Assembly (NCBI GenBank): GCA_964410905.1
Contig: CAYPIR010000008.1
Coordinates: forward strand, 19,019 to 83,018
Reading direction: 5' to 3'
Length of the DNA: 64,000 bases
Source: an uncultured bacterium
Lineage (GTDB): Bacteria > Omnitrophota > Omnitrophia > Omnitrophales > Aquincolibacteriaceae
The notes below the pieces were generated by a model. That model had not been told where the DNA came from, ran no database searches, and saw only the letters and a list, made by a program, of their open reading frames with translations. Within the stretch, counting starts at the first letter, position 1, and each line of letters opens with the position of its first letter. The translations under genes were made by a program, and so were the position numbers. Of the stretch, positions 38,208 through 47,338 are shown piece after piece.

Positions 38208-40043
38208 ATGACATTAAGCGAAACGAATAAAAAAACAAATTCTTCTAGCGACCCCGATTTATTTAGGCGCGGTTGGCGGCTGCCCATCAGATATAAACTC
38301 GCGCTCCCCGAGTTGGCGCTTTTTCTTGGGGTGGTATTTTTTGTTTTGATAACAACGTTCAATGTTTTTAGGGATATTGTTGTTAAGGCCAAAGAATCCC
38401 GTTTGCAAACGATAGCGGACGTGTTAGCGGAATCTCTGAAAATTCCTCTTGAGACCAATGATAAAAAAACGTTGATGGACTATATACATCTTTTTGCTAA
38501 TCAGGAAGAAGTTGACTCCGTTCAAGTGGAAGATACCGAGGGAGTAATTTTAGGACGAAGCGCGGCAGATTCAGAGCCGCTTATATCGGGAGGTTTGCCG
38601 GAGAACTTTTTGGGTGTTAGGAAAACAGAAAAAAATACCTATATTGCAGTTGCCCCGATTAAGTCGGCTGAAAAAAACTTTGGGCGAATATTTATAGTTT
38701 TTTCGGAAAGCTGGTATGAGTTTGAACTTCGCACGGTATTTATAGAGAAATTTTTCATAGCGTTTTTATTAGTTGTTTTGTCGACTTTTGCGATGCTGTT
38801 TATAACATGGCTTGTGATGCGGCCTCTTACGACTTTGCAGAAAACGGCGCGAAGTATTTTGTCGGGAGACTTGGACGCGAGGGCGAAGGTGTCTTCGCGT
38901 GATGAAATAGAGGAAGTTGGGACTGCGTTCAATAAAGTGGTTGGACGGCTTACCCAAAGCCTCGAAAATTTAAAGTCTCGCGCCCAAGCGTTGGAAGAAT
39001 CCGAAATGAAATATCGTTCAATAGTAGATGAAGTGAGCGACATTATTTTTTCCATTGCGCCTGACGGCGAACTTTTGCTTCTTAATCGCGGGTTTTCAGG
39101 CTATGAGCGAGATGAGATTTTGTCTGGAGGTTTATCGCTTTTCGTGTCGCTGCACGGTGAGGGAGAGGCGCAAAAATTTCAAGACGCGCTTGAGACAATT
39201 ATTAGAACTAAAAAACCAATCGAACATTTAAACACTCAACATATCCACCGCATTTATCATACAAAAATTTTTTATCAGACCAATCTTACTCCTGTTTTAG
39301 ACGAAGAAGGAGATTTGAAATTAATTCAGGGTGTTATGCGCGATATGACGGATTTGCGCCGCGTCGAGATGATGAAAGAGTCTTTAATTCGCGATGTCGC
39401 TCACGAACTCAAAACCCCAACGGCGAAATTTATGATGACCACGGATTGGCTTGAAAAACAAATGGACGAGAGCGGCGAAAAGGAAAAATTTTTACCAATT
39501 ATCAAAATGCTTCGGGCAAATGCCGATCGTCTTATGCACACCATTTCAAGCATTCTTGATTTGAACAAAGTGCAATCGGGAATGGCTAATATACAAAAAA
39601 AGGAAATTGATTTAAACCAAGTATTGACTCTTGTCGCGAGCGATTTGGAACCCATTGTTGAGCAAAATCATTTAAAGTTAGAAACGCAATTGCAAGCCGG
39701 CGAGCTTAAAATGTTTGGCGATCCGGATATGCTTTATAGAGTTTTTATAAATCTTATTACTAACGCGATAAAGTTTACGCCAAATGGAGCCATTACCGTG
39801 AAATCGTTCTCGCGCGGCGCTGAGATTTGTGTTGAAGTTTCTGATATGGGCATTGGTATTGAAGATGAGAATTTGAAGAATATTTTTGAAGCGTTTTTTC
39901 AAAAGACGGCATCTTCAATAGGGATTGGAGTCGGACTTACTATCTCAAAAAAAATAGTTCTTCTTCACGATGGAACTATTTGGGCGGAGTCGGACGGAGT
40001 CGGACAAGGCAGCGTTTTTAAAGTGGTGTTCCCAGCGATTTAA
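38208..40043 (+). CDS. Membrane sensor histidine kinase (periplasmic sensor, HAMP, PAS, HisKA, HATPase).
   Basis: Two TM segments flank a periplasmic domain of about 140 aa. HAMP-like segment, PAS-like region, H-box HELKTPTAKF, N/G boxes (NLITNAIKFT, DMGIGI, GVGLTISKK). Confidence 0.8.
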   Translation: MTLSETNKKTNSSSDPDLFRRGWRLPIRYKLALPELALFLGVVFFVLITTFNVFRDIVVKAKESRLQTIADVLAESLKIPLETNDKKTLMDYIHLFANQEEVDSVQVEDTEGVILGRSAADSEPLISGGLPENFLGVRKTEKNTYIAVAPIKSAEKNFGRIFIVFSESWYEFELRTVFIEKFFIAFLLVVLSTFAMLFITWLVMRPLTTLQKTARSILSGDLDARAKVSSRDEIEEVGTAFNKVVGRLTQSLENLKSRAQALEESEMKYRSIVDEVSDIIFSIAPDGELLLLNRGFSGYERDEILSGGLSLFVSLHGEGEAQKFQDALETIIRTKKPIEHLNTQHIHRIYHTKIFYQTNLTPVLDEEGDLKLIQGVMRDMTDLRRVEMMKESLIRDVAHELKTPTAKFMMTTDWLEKQMDESGEKEKFLPIIKMLRANADRLMHTISSILDLNKVQSGMANIQKKEIDLNQVLTLVASDLEPIVEQNHLKLETQLQAGELKMFGDPDMLYRVFINLITNAIKFTPNGAITVKSFSRGAEICVEVSDMGIGIEDENLKNIFEAFFQKTASSIGIGVGLTISKKIVLLHDGTIWAESDGVGQGSVFKVVFPAI

Positions 40044-40055
40044 AAAGGAGAGGAT

Positions 40056-40418
40056 ATGTCTAAAAAAATTTTGGTGGTCGAAGACGATACTGATTTTCAA
40101 GATCTTTATAAGCTTTATCTTCAAGGATCATCTTATGAAGTAAGAGTAGCGGGTAATGGTCAAGAAGGGCTTGAGGTTTTGGCGGATTGGTCGCCGGATT
40201 TGATAGTGCTGGATTTAATTATGCCCGTTATGGATGGTGAAACATTCTATGTTTCGCTGCGGGCAAAAGAAGAATGGAAAAATATCCCTGTTGTCATCGC
40301 AAGTGTTAACGAGCTCTTGCCCGCAAAAATTTTGGAGTTGGGCGGCGTTTCAGAAAATCTTAAAAAACCGTTTACCATGCAAGCTTTTTTGGAGACTATT
40401 CGCGAGCATATAGGGTAG
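40056..40418 (+). CDS. Single-domain response regulator (CheY-like).
   Basis: VEDD...LDLIMP...KP receiver motifs. 12 nt after the kinase gene. Confidence 0.8.
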   Translation: MSKKILVVEDDTDFQDLYKLYLQGSSYEVRVAGNGQEGLEVLADWSPDLIVLDLIMPVMDGETFYVSLRAKEEWKNIPVVIASVNELLPAKILELGGVSENLKKPFTMQAFLETIREHIG

Positions 40419-40552
40419 ATGGCGGAGACTGAGCAGCGTTTGGAAAAATTTTACCTATGTTAGTCGAATGGGCTGGTGAAACGATAAAATTTTATGTCCT
40501 TCCAAAAGTAATAAGGAAAGATTAAAATCCAGCTCTTATTACTGGAGGATTT

Positions 40553-41290
40553 GTGATTAATGTTTTTTTATCGATTTTTTTTTGGGTGGCATGCGTAACA
40601 CTTCTTGCGGCATTGTATCTCACAATGCTGCTGCTTCTTGTTCTTACCTTTCCTTTTGACCCGCAGCGTAAAATTTTGCATCGCCAATGTTTTTGGTGGT
40701 CGAGTTCTGTTATCGGATTAAATCCATTTTGGAAGTTGAAAGTGGAAGGGCTTGAAAATATCGACCACAAAAAAACTTATGTCATTGTCGCTAATCATCA
40801 GAGTCTAGCGGATATTGTCGTGCTTTATCAAATCCGCGCGCAGTTCAAATGGGTTGCAAAAGAGAGTTTGTTTCGCATACCGTTTTTGGGCTGGTGTCTT
40901 GGGCTTTGCCGTCATATCGCGCTTAAGCGAAACGATATGGCGAGCATTCGCGAAGTTTATGCTGAGGCGCGCAAATATATTCAATCCAAAATGTCCGTTC
41001 TGTTTTTTCCTGAGGGCACACGAAGCGAAACCGATGAAATGAATCCGTTCCAAAACGGCGCGTTCAAGCTCGCGATTTCAGAAAAAGTTCCAATTCTTCC
41101 AATAGTTTTGCACAATACGCGGGACGCGATCCCAAAAGGCGATTGGGTTATGAAATCAGAAATGCGCTGCCGCCTTACGGTTTTAAAACCTATAGAGACA
41201 GAGACGTTTTCCGTCGGAGATTTTGCGCTCGTTCGCGATAAAGTGCGAGCGCGGATAAATGACAAACTTGTGCTATATCGCGATGAATGA
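40553..41290 (+). CDS. plsC: 1-acyl-sn-glycerol-3-phosphate acyltransferase.
   Basis: HxxxxD motif NHQSLADI and FPEGTRS motif. GTG start after a GGAGG RBS. Confidence 0.8.
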   Translation: MINVFLSIFFWVACVTLLAALYLTMLLLLVLTFPFDPQRKILHRQCFWWSSSVIGLNPFWKLKVEGLENIDHKKTYVIVANHQSLADIVVLYQIRAQFKWVAKESLFRIPFLGWCLGLCRHIALKRNDMASIREVYAEARKYIQSKMSVLFFPEGTRSETDEMNPFQNGAFKLAISEKVPILPIVLHNTRDAIPKGDWVMKSEMRCRLTVLKPIETETFSVGDFALVRDKVRARINDKLVLYRDE

Positions 41291-41371
41291 ACAATCGAAC
41301 GGCGTATCCGCTCTTTATAAAATTTTGCGATTCAGATAAAATGCGTTTTTTAAATAAAAAGGAAACTTTGT

Positions 41372-41656
41372 ATGGATTTAAATATTGAAAAAACGGCAAA
41401 TCTCGCTCGGCTTAGTTTGAGCGATGATGAAAAACAAAAATTTGGCAATGATTTGTCCGCAATTTTGGAATATGTCAAAAAGCTGGAGAGGCTGGACACA
41501 ACAAGCGTGGAACCGACAAGCCATGTTTTGGACTTACAAAATGTTTTTAGAGAAGATAAAGTTCAGAAGTCAATGGCAGCTGAAAGAGCGTTGAAACATG
41601 CGCCGGAATCGGACGGGCTTTTTTTCAAAGTTCCTAAAATTGTTCAAAGGGATTAA
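41372..41656 (+). CDS. gatC: Asp-tRNA(Asn)/Glu-tRNA(Gln) amidotransferase subunit C.
   Basis: 94 aa; typical GatC N-terminus IEKTANLARLSLSDDEK...VEP. Confidence 0.85.
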   Translation: MDLNIEKTANLARLSLSDDEKQKFGNDLSAILEYVKKLERLDTTSVEPTSHVLDLQNVFREDKVQKSMAAERALKHAPESDGLFFKVPKIVQRD

Positions 41657-41661
41657 GCGAT

Positions 41662-43077
41662 ATGGACTTAACAAAACTCAGCTTAAAGGAAGCGATTGAT
41701 TTTGCGAAAGCGAATGGAGCGGACGCGATTATTGAGGCGTTTTCCGAGCGGACGGAAAAACTCAATCCAAAAGTAAACGCGTTTTTGCGGTTTGATAAAG
41801 ATAAAATCGAAGCGGGTTCTCGGGGCGAACTTTTCGGCGTGCCGATTTCTTTTAAAGACAACATTTGTATTGAGAACCGCGAAGTAACTTGCGCGTCTAA
41901 AATTCTTAAAAATCATATCGCGCCATATGACGCGACTGTAACTGAAAAATTAAAAAATGTCGGCGCGACAATTTTTTCGCAGTGTAATATGGACGAGTTC
42001 GCTTTCGGTTCATCTTGTGAGACTTCGGCGTTTGGCGCGTGCAGAAATCCTTGGAATCTTGATTTTGTTCCCGGCGGCTCAAGCGGCGGTTCTGCCGCGG
42101 CTGTCGCGGCGGATATGACTGTCGCGGCGCTTGGCAGTGATACTGGCGGTTCGATTCGTCAGCCCGCGGCGCTTTGCGGAGTTGTCGGTGTAAAACCGAC
42201 TTACGGACGAGTTTCAAGGTATGGCTTAATAGCGTTCGGCTCCAGCTTTGACCAAATTGGACCCATTACAAAAACGGTTGAAGACGCGGCAATTCTTTTG
42301 AATATTTTAAGCGGGCATGACACAAAAGATTCGACATCTGCGCCCGTTCAAACCCCGGATTTTACAAAATCTCTTAGACAAGATTTGAAGGGAATTCGTA
42401 TCGGCCTTCCTAAAGAATATTTTATAGATGGTATTGATACTGAGGTTGAGCGTGCGGTTCGTGCCGCTGCGGATTTTTATAAATCTCAAGGCGCGGAGAT
42501 AAAAACAATCAGTCTTCCTCATACGGAATATTCTGTTGCGGTTTATTACATTGTTGCGGTGGCTGAAGCGAGTTCAAACCTTGGACGGTTTGACGGCGTT
42601 GAGTATGGGCTTCGTATCCCTACAAAAGATTTGCGCGAGATGTATTTTGAAACTCGCGGGCAAGGTTTTGGGCAGGAAGTTAAACGTCGAGTTTTGCTTG
42701 GAACATTTGTTTTGTCGGCGGGTTATTATGAGGCTTATTATTTGAAAGGGCAAAAAGTGCGCACGCTTATCCGTCAAGATTTTGAAAATGCTTTCAAAGA
42801 AGTCGATGTGATATTGTCGCCGACATCGCCAACGCCGGCGTTTAAAATTGGAGAAAAAACCGCCGACCCAATCGCGATGTATCTTTCAGACATTTTTACA
42901 ATACCAGCCAACTTAGCTGGAGTTCCAGCAATGTCTCTCCCGTGCGGCTTTACCTCAAACAAACTCCCAATCGGACTGCAATTAATGGCGCGTCCATTTG
43001 AAGAGACTACAATGTTCCGCACCGCGCACGCGCTTGAGCAGTCTCTTGGCCTCTACAAATCCCGTCCTAATTTATAA
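41662..43077 (+). CDS. gatA: Glutamyl-tRNA(Gln) amidotransferase subunit A.
   Basis: Amidase signature GGSSGGSAAAVAA and the catalytic Ser-cisSer-Lys context. Confidence 0.9.
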   Translation: MDLTKLSLKEAIDFAKANGADAIIEAFSERTEKLNPKVNAFLRFDKDKIEAGSRGELFGVPISFKDNICIENREVTCASKILKNHIAPYDATVTEKLKNVGATIFSQCNMDEFAFGSSCETSAFGACRNPWNLDFVPGGSSGGSAAAVAADMTVAALGSDTGGSIRQPAALCGVVGVKPTYGRVSRYGLIAFGSSFDQIGPITKTVEDAAILLNILSGHDTKDSTSAPVQTPDFTKSLRQDLKGIRIGLPKEYFIDGIDTEVERAVRAAADFYKSQGAEIKTISLPHTEYSVAVYYIVAVAEASSNLGRFDGVEYGLRIPTKDLREMYFETRGQGFGQEVKRRVLLGTFVLSAGYYEAYYLKGQKVRTLIRQDFENAFKEVDVILSPTSPTPAFKIGEKTADPIAMYLSDIFTIPANLAGVPAMSLPCGFTSNKLPIGLQLMARPFEETTMFRTAHALEQSLGLYKSRPNL

Positions 43078-43117
43078 GCGTAAAATTTTTCATGGTCTAT
43101 TACTGCTCTTAGCGAGC

Positions 43118-43810
43118 ATGCAAACTAGTAATGGATTGCATAAAAAGCAAAATAAGCAACTTATCAAAAATTGTTTGGTAGGGCTGTATAACACAATTTT
43201 TCAAAAGGACATTGTTTTGCGAGAGAAATTTAAAGATATTTCAAAGTTGAAAAGTGTTGTTAACTTTGTTTTTGACAATATAGGAAGTGAAACTTCGATC
43301 AGAAATATCAGCAATTCTTTGGCGCTCGATGACCGCAAAATTTATCCGCAAACAGTTGAGACGTATTTGCAGGCTTTGAGCGACAGTTATTTATTGTATA
43401 AAGCCGATAGATACAATATTAAAGGCAAACAATATTTGCAATTTAACTCAAAATACCATGTGGCGGATATTGGACTGCGCTACGCTTTGCTCGGAGCAAA
43501 AACTGGAGATGCTGTACATAATTTTAGAAAACATAGTTTTTTTGGAGCTGTTTGCAGAGGATATAAGATTTCAATAGGTAAAATTAATGATTTGGAAGTC
43601 GATTTTATCGCGCAAAAATTTTTTGACGAAGTTGAGTATTATCAAGTTTGCGAGAATATAAATGACAGTAAAACTTCAAAACGAGAACTTAAAAGTTTGC
43701 AGAGTATAAACGATAATTATCCAAAATTTTTGTTGTCTAAAAGTTATTCCACCAGCACATATGACGGCATAAAGTATAAAAATGTTTTTGAATGTCTTTT
43801 GGAAGGTTAG
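43118..43810 (+). pseudogene. N-terminally truncated COG1373-type AAA+ ATPase (only the DUF4143-like C-terminal part remains).
   Basis: Translation matches the C-terminal DUF4143 region of COG1373 ATPases (KYHVADIGLRYALLG, EVDFIAQK). There is no Walker A/B AAA domain. The upstream in-frame ORF (42998-43117) runs into the gatA coding region. Confidence 0.5.
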
Positions 43811-43823
43811 GGAATAACAGATT

Positions 43824-44042
43824 TTAAAAATCCAAAAGTCGCGAGCAAGTGATTTTAAATACCTTGGCGAGTTTTTCTAAAGTGTCTAGCGTCGTAGCGG
43901 TGGGATTTTTTGATTCCAGCATTTGATAGAAACGCGTGCTTACTCCAATAATTTCCGCAGTTTTTTCCTGCGTCAAACCAGCCTTTTTTCTTTCTCTCTT
44001 TAGCGCTTCCGCAAATTGAAGCCTGATTTTTGGGATAGACAT
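43824..44042 (-). CDS. XRE-family helix-turn-helix transcriptional regulator.
   Basis: 72 aa with the HTH core LKRERKKAGLTQEKTAEIIGVSTRFYQMLESK. Confidence 0.75.
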   Translation of the reverse strand: MSIPKIRLQFAEALKRERKKAGLTQEKTAEIIGVSTRFYQMLESKNPTATTLDTLEKLAKVFKITCSRLLDF

Positions 44043-44227
44043 GACCCAAATTATCCCGATAAACTCGTCTTATAACCACGAAGTATTGCTTCGTAAAAAC
44101 TTATTGTTTGAAAATTGTTTAAGGGTTATTATTTGCAGCCTTAACGAAGAGAAGTTCTGGGTTTGGGATATGTTATTTTAAAAAAGTTGTTTACTAGTGA
44201 CAGTTTCTCAAAACAAGAGGAGAAAAA

Positions 44228-45181
44228 ATGATTAAAAAAGCGGTTTTATTCTTATTGGTGTTTTGTTGCGCTGTGGATTTTGCGGCGTTTGCTGATGTCT
44301 ATCGGCGAATCAAAGTCACGGCGGTTAGCGAAAATGAAGCCAAGCTTGCAGCGCTTGAAAAATATGTTAGCGAGCAAGATTCTCAAAAGGCGATTCTTCT
44401 TGAGGGCGGGCGGCAAAAAATCACAGAGAATATTAATCTTTACTTCCCAGAATATGTAGATATGGGCGGAGGCATAGGACAAGTTTCCGTAAACGAGCAG
44501 CAACTAGATTTGTTGATACGGCAATCGTCTTCAAACAATGAATCTCTGCCTCTTTCCTTTATTTTTGTTGCTAGGAAAGTTACGGAGGTTAAAAGTTTTA
44601 AAAAACGAGAAGTTGTTCGCAACGAAGAAAGCGAAAACATTTCAGAGTCTGAAGATGGAACGTTAAAGCATTCGTTTTCTACACAATCGGGCGGCTCCAC
44701 TACTCAGAAAAAAGACAAAATTATTTACGAAGCTTGCAATATGACAGACGTAATTTCAAAAGTAACGGAAGTTTTTTCAAAGGCAGGTTTTGACGTTGTG
44801 TCTCCCGCGGACATTGGTTTAGAGCAAATAGAATTTTCTGAAAATTACGTAGAAAACGATAATTTGCCAGCGGATATGGAAACAAAAGCTAAACGTGCGG
44901 CTCGTGAGGCGGAGCTTCCTTTGTTGTCTATAGCGACTATGACTGTAGGAAGACCGGAGGATGATGACGCGTCAGGGATGAAAAAAATAGCAGTGTCTAT
45001 TACCGGAAATATTTGGGACACAAGAGGGAAATTTGCTAAATCCGTAGGCGCGGTGGGGCCTGTGCAGCATTACGGTATGGGAAACAACTCTGATGTCGCG
45101 GAAAAGAACGCGCTTATTGAGGCTGCGACTATAGCAGCAGAAGACCTTGTAAATCAATTGCGTGTTCGCGGCATTAACTAA
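44228..45181 (+). CDS. Secreted protein with an LPP20/FlgP-like C-terminal region (first gene of a six-gene secreted-protein operon).
   Basis: Signal peptide MIKKAVLFLLVFCCAVDFAAFA. C-terminal alanine-periodic helix NNSDVAEKNALIEAATIAAEDLVNQL resembles LPP20-family lipoproteins. Confidence 0.5.
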   Translation: MIKKAVLFLLVFCCAVDFAAFADVYRRIKVTAVSENEAKLAALEKYVSEQDSQKAILLEGGRQKITENINLYFPEYVDMGGGIGQVSVNEQQLDLLIRQSSSNNESLPLSFIFVARKVTEVKSFKKREVVRNEESENISESEDGTLKHSFSTQSGGSTTQKKDKIIYEACNMTDVISKVTEVFSKAGFDVVSPADIGLEQIEFSENYVENDNLPADMETKAKRAAREAELPLLSIATMTVGRPEDDDASGMKKIAVSITGNIWDTRGKFAKSVGAVGPVQHYGMGNNSDVAEKNALIEAATIAAEDLVNQLRVRGIN

Positions 45182-45194
45182 CAAGGAAAATCAA

Positions 45195-46229
45195 ATGATA
45201 TACAAAAAAATTCTTATTTTGATTTGCGTAATTTCCTTATTTCAAAACATCGCTTGGTCGCAAGAAGCGAAAGGGAAGATATTGAAAGTTGCTATTTTTA
45301 CGGAAGACAAAGCGATTAGCAGCGGCGGGGCGGTAGACAAAATCAAGGAATTTTTCAAAGGAAAAAATGCTGAAAGCAAGGAAATTTTAAATGACTTTAT
45401 TACATCTGGATTTGCCCAAACCGGGTATTTTTCAGTCATTGATAAGAATTATACGGCGCAAACCTTTGAAAAAGATTTTAATGGTGAGAGCGGGCTGGAG
45501 TCTTTGCAAGGGACTTCAGCCTTGCGTTTAGCGCAAATGCTTGGTGCTGATTATTTGTTAATAGCAACTATTACATCAGTAGAAGAAACTGAAAAAATCT
45601 TTGAGGGCTACGGAAGTAAAACAAAAAATCTCATAGTCGAAATGAATGTAAGTGTTCGACTTTTAGACGGGAACGGAGGTTCTTCTATTTATGCGGATAC
45701 CGTAAGCGCTTCAACCGTTATTAGAAATAATGAGTTTTTAAAACAGAAGTCATCAAACAATCTTCCGCCGCTTATCAGAGAAGCCTCTGCCAAAATAGTT
45801 AAGAATGTTAGCAAGGTCATAGAGCAAATAAGCGGGAAAGCGAAATCATTAGAGCAATTACAGGGTGTTAATTTTATTATTAATTGCGATGTCGAAAACG
45901 CCAATGTCGAATTGGATGGCGCGGTGATTGGTGTCGCTTCGGGCGCGTTTGTTGCCAAACCGGGACTTCACAGTTTGAAGATTTTTAAAGAACGTTACTC
46001 TCCTTGGATAAAAAGGGTAAATATTTTTGCTGATCAGATTATATCGGTTCACTTGGATAAGAGCGATGAAGGTTTTGTTGAAGATATGAAAGAAAGACAG
46101 TTTGAATCTCAAATGAAAAGATATGACGCGGAGACAGATGCGCAGACGACATTGGTTGAGGCAAAAGCGAAAATGTTAAATAAATCTAAGGCTGAAGTGA
46201 AAATAAAAGGCAATATAAAAAATGTTTGA
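45195..46229 (+). CDS. CsgG-family lipoprotein-like protein with a C-terminal PEGA domain.
   Basis: Signal peptide. CsgG-like core ILNDFITSGFAQTGYFSVIDKN...LAQMLGADYLLIATITSVEE...VSVRLLDGNGGSSIY. PEGA-like segment CDVENANVELDGAVIGVASGAFVAKPGLHSLKIFKERYSPW. Confidence 0.6.
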   Translation: MIYKKILILICVISLFQNIAWSQEAKGKILKVAIFTEDKAISSGGAVDKIKEFFKGKNAESKEILNDFITSGFAQTGYFSVIDKNYTAQTFEKDFNGESGLESLQGTSALRLAQMLGADYLLIATITSVEETEKIFEGYGSKTKNLIVEMNVSVRLLDGNGGSSIYADTVSASTVIRNNEFLKQKSSNNLPPLIREASAKIVKNVSKVIEQISGKAKSLEQLQGVNFIINCDVENANVELDGAVIGVASGAFVAKPGLHSLKIFKERYSPWIKRVNIFADQIISVHLDKSDEGFVEDMKERQFESQMKRYDAETDAQTTLVEAKAKMLNKSKAEVKIKGNIKNV

Positions 46230-46239
46230 AAGGAGCCAG

Positions 46240-47139
46240 ATGAATATTAAGAAAACATTTTCCTTTTTTGTAGTTATTTGTTTGTTGAGTTCGACAAATC
46301 TTTTTGCGGATGAGGGAAAATCATCTCTTGCCGTCGCTGAGATAAAAAACACATCAGGCAAAGCCCCAAATTCTTTTGTTGTGGCGTTAGACGGGATATT
46401 AATCGAAGCAATTTCAAACACACGAAAATTTAATTTGGTTGACAGGAGCCGATGGAAAGATTTGCAAAAAGAACAAAGTTTTTCTGACTCTGGCGAAGTC
46501 GACTTAAACGATGAATCTCGCGCGCAGTTTGGAAAAATTGCCGGGGCGAAATATTTGTTGCTGCCAGACATCATTGAGTTCAGCGATAAGTTGCAACAAA
46601 TAAATTATGAAAAAATGCAGAAAACAATAGAAAAGAAAAGCGTGTCATTAACTTTGAATGTGCGTATTGTGGACTCATCAACAGGGAAAATCGTTTCTTC
46701 TGCTACCGTTTCAGATGCGAAAACTGGCAATGGCGATTTGCTTACGGAAGTTTCAAAATCTGTTGCGGAACAAACGGCGCAAAGAGTGATAGACGTGATT
46801 TATCCTGCCAAAGTTTTATCTGTTATCGGGAGCCAAGTGATATTTAATAGAGCCATAGGCGGCGGCTTCAATGAAGGTGATTTTATAGCCATTTATGCGG
46901 TTGGGAAGGAATTGATTGACCCAGACACACAAGAATCTTTGGGTAAAGAAGAAATTTTGGTCGCGGATGCGCAAGTTTTTGAGGTTGATTCAAAATTTTC
47001 TAAAGCGGAAATAAAAGGAGACAATTTGGGAGTTCAAAAGGGAAATATTATTAAGCACAAAACGATAACTAAACCTGATGTTGTAGAAAATAGAAAAGAT
47101 AAAAGTAAGAAGAAAGCGAACAATGATGAAGATTGGTAA
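46240..47139 (+). CDS. CsgG-family lipoprotein-like protein (second, divergent paralogue).
   Basis: AGGAG RBS and signal peptide. Core SLAVAEIKNTSGK...ILIEAISNTRKFNLVDRSRWKDLQKEQSFSDSG...KIAGAKYLLLPDIIEFS...LNVRIVDSSTGKIV matches the CsgG pattern. Confidence 0.6.
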   Translation: MNIKKTFSFFVVICLLSSTNLFADEGKSSLAVAEIKNTSGKAPNSFVVALDGILIEAISNTRKFNLVDRSRWKDLQKEQSFSDSGEVDLNDESRAQFGKIAGAKYLLLPDIIEFSDKLQQINYEKMQKTIEKKSVSLTLNVRIVDSSTGKIVSSATVSDAKTGNGDLLTEVSKSVAEQTAQRVIDVIYPAKVLSVIGSQVIFNRAIGGGFNEGDFIAIYAVGKELIDPDTQESLGKEEILVADAQVFEVDSKFSKAEIKGDNLGVQKGNIIKHKTITKPDVVENRKDKSKKKANNDEDW

Positions 47140-47338
47140 AATTTATATAGGTATATTTTGCTTTTTGATTTTGACGGGCTGCGCGGCTCAGCCGGTTGAG
47201 ACAAATAACCAAGCGGATTTGATTAGGTATATGGAAGAGCAAAATACCGACCAGAAGTACTGCTCTGTTTGCGGAAGGCATTTTCCAGCGTCTGTTAAGT
47301 ATTGTTCTAAAGATGGGAGCCTTTTGAAAAATGGCTAA
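47123..47338 (+). CDS. Small lipoprotein with a C-terminal CxxC...C zinc-ribbon-like motif.
   Basis: Lipobox ILTGC, then CSVCGRHFPASVKYCSKDG. Translationally coupled (overlaps) to both neighbouring genes. Confidence 0.4.
   Translation: MMKIGKIYIGIFCFLILTGCAAQPVETNNQADLIRYMEEQNTDQKYCSVCGRHFPASVKYCSKDGSLLKNG

Noticed and set aside
40508-40545. 9-bp inverted repeat AGTAATAAG...CTTATTACT just upstream of the plsC RBS.
   Set aside because: AT-rich stem with a 20-nt loop and no T-tract. Could be a weak post-regulator terminator or occluding hairpin, but too weak to call.
42998-43117. N-terminal 40 codons of the ORF beginning at 42998, which would overlap gatA by 80 nt.
   Set aside because: A long overlap with the conserved gatA 3' end is implausible. 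The sequence has no AAA ATPase motifs, so the ORF is better read as a truncated remnant starting downstream of gatA.
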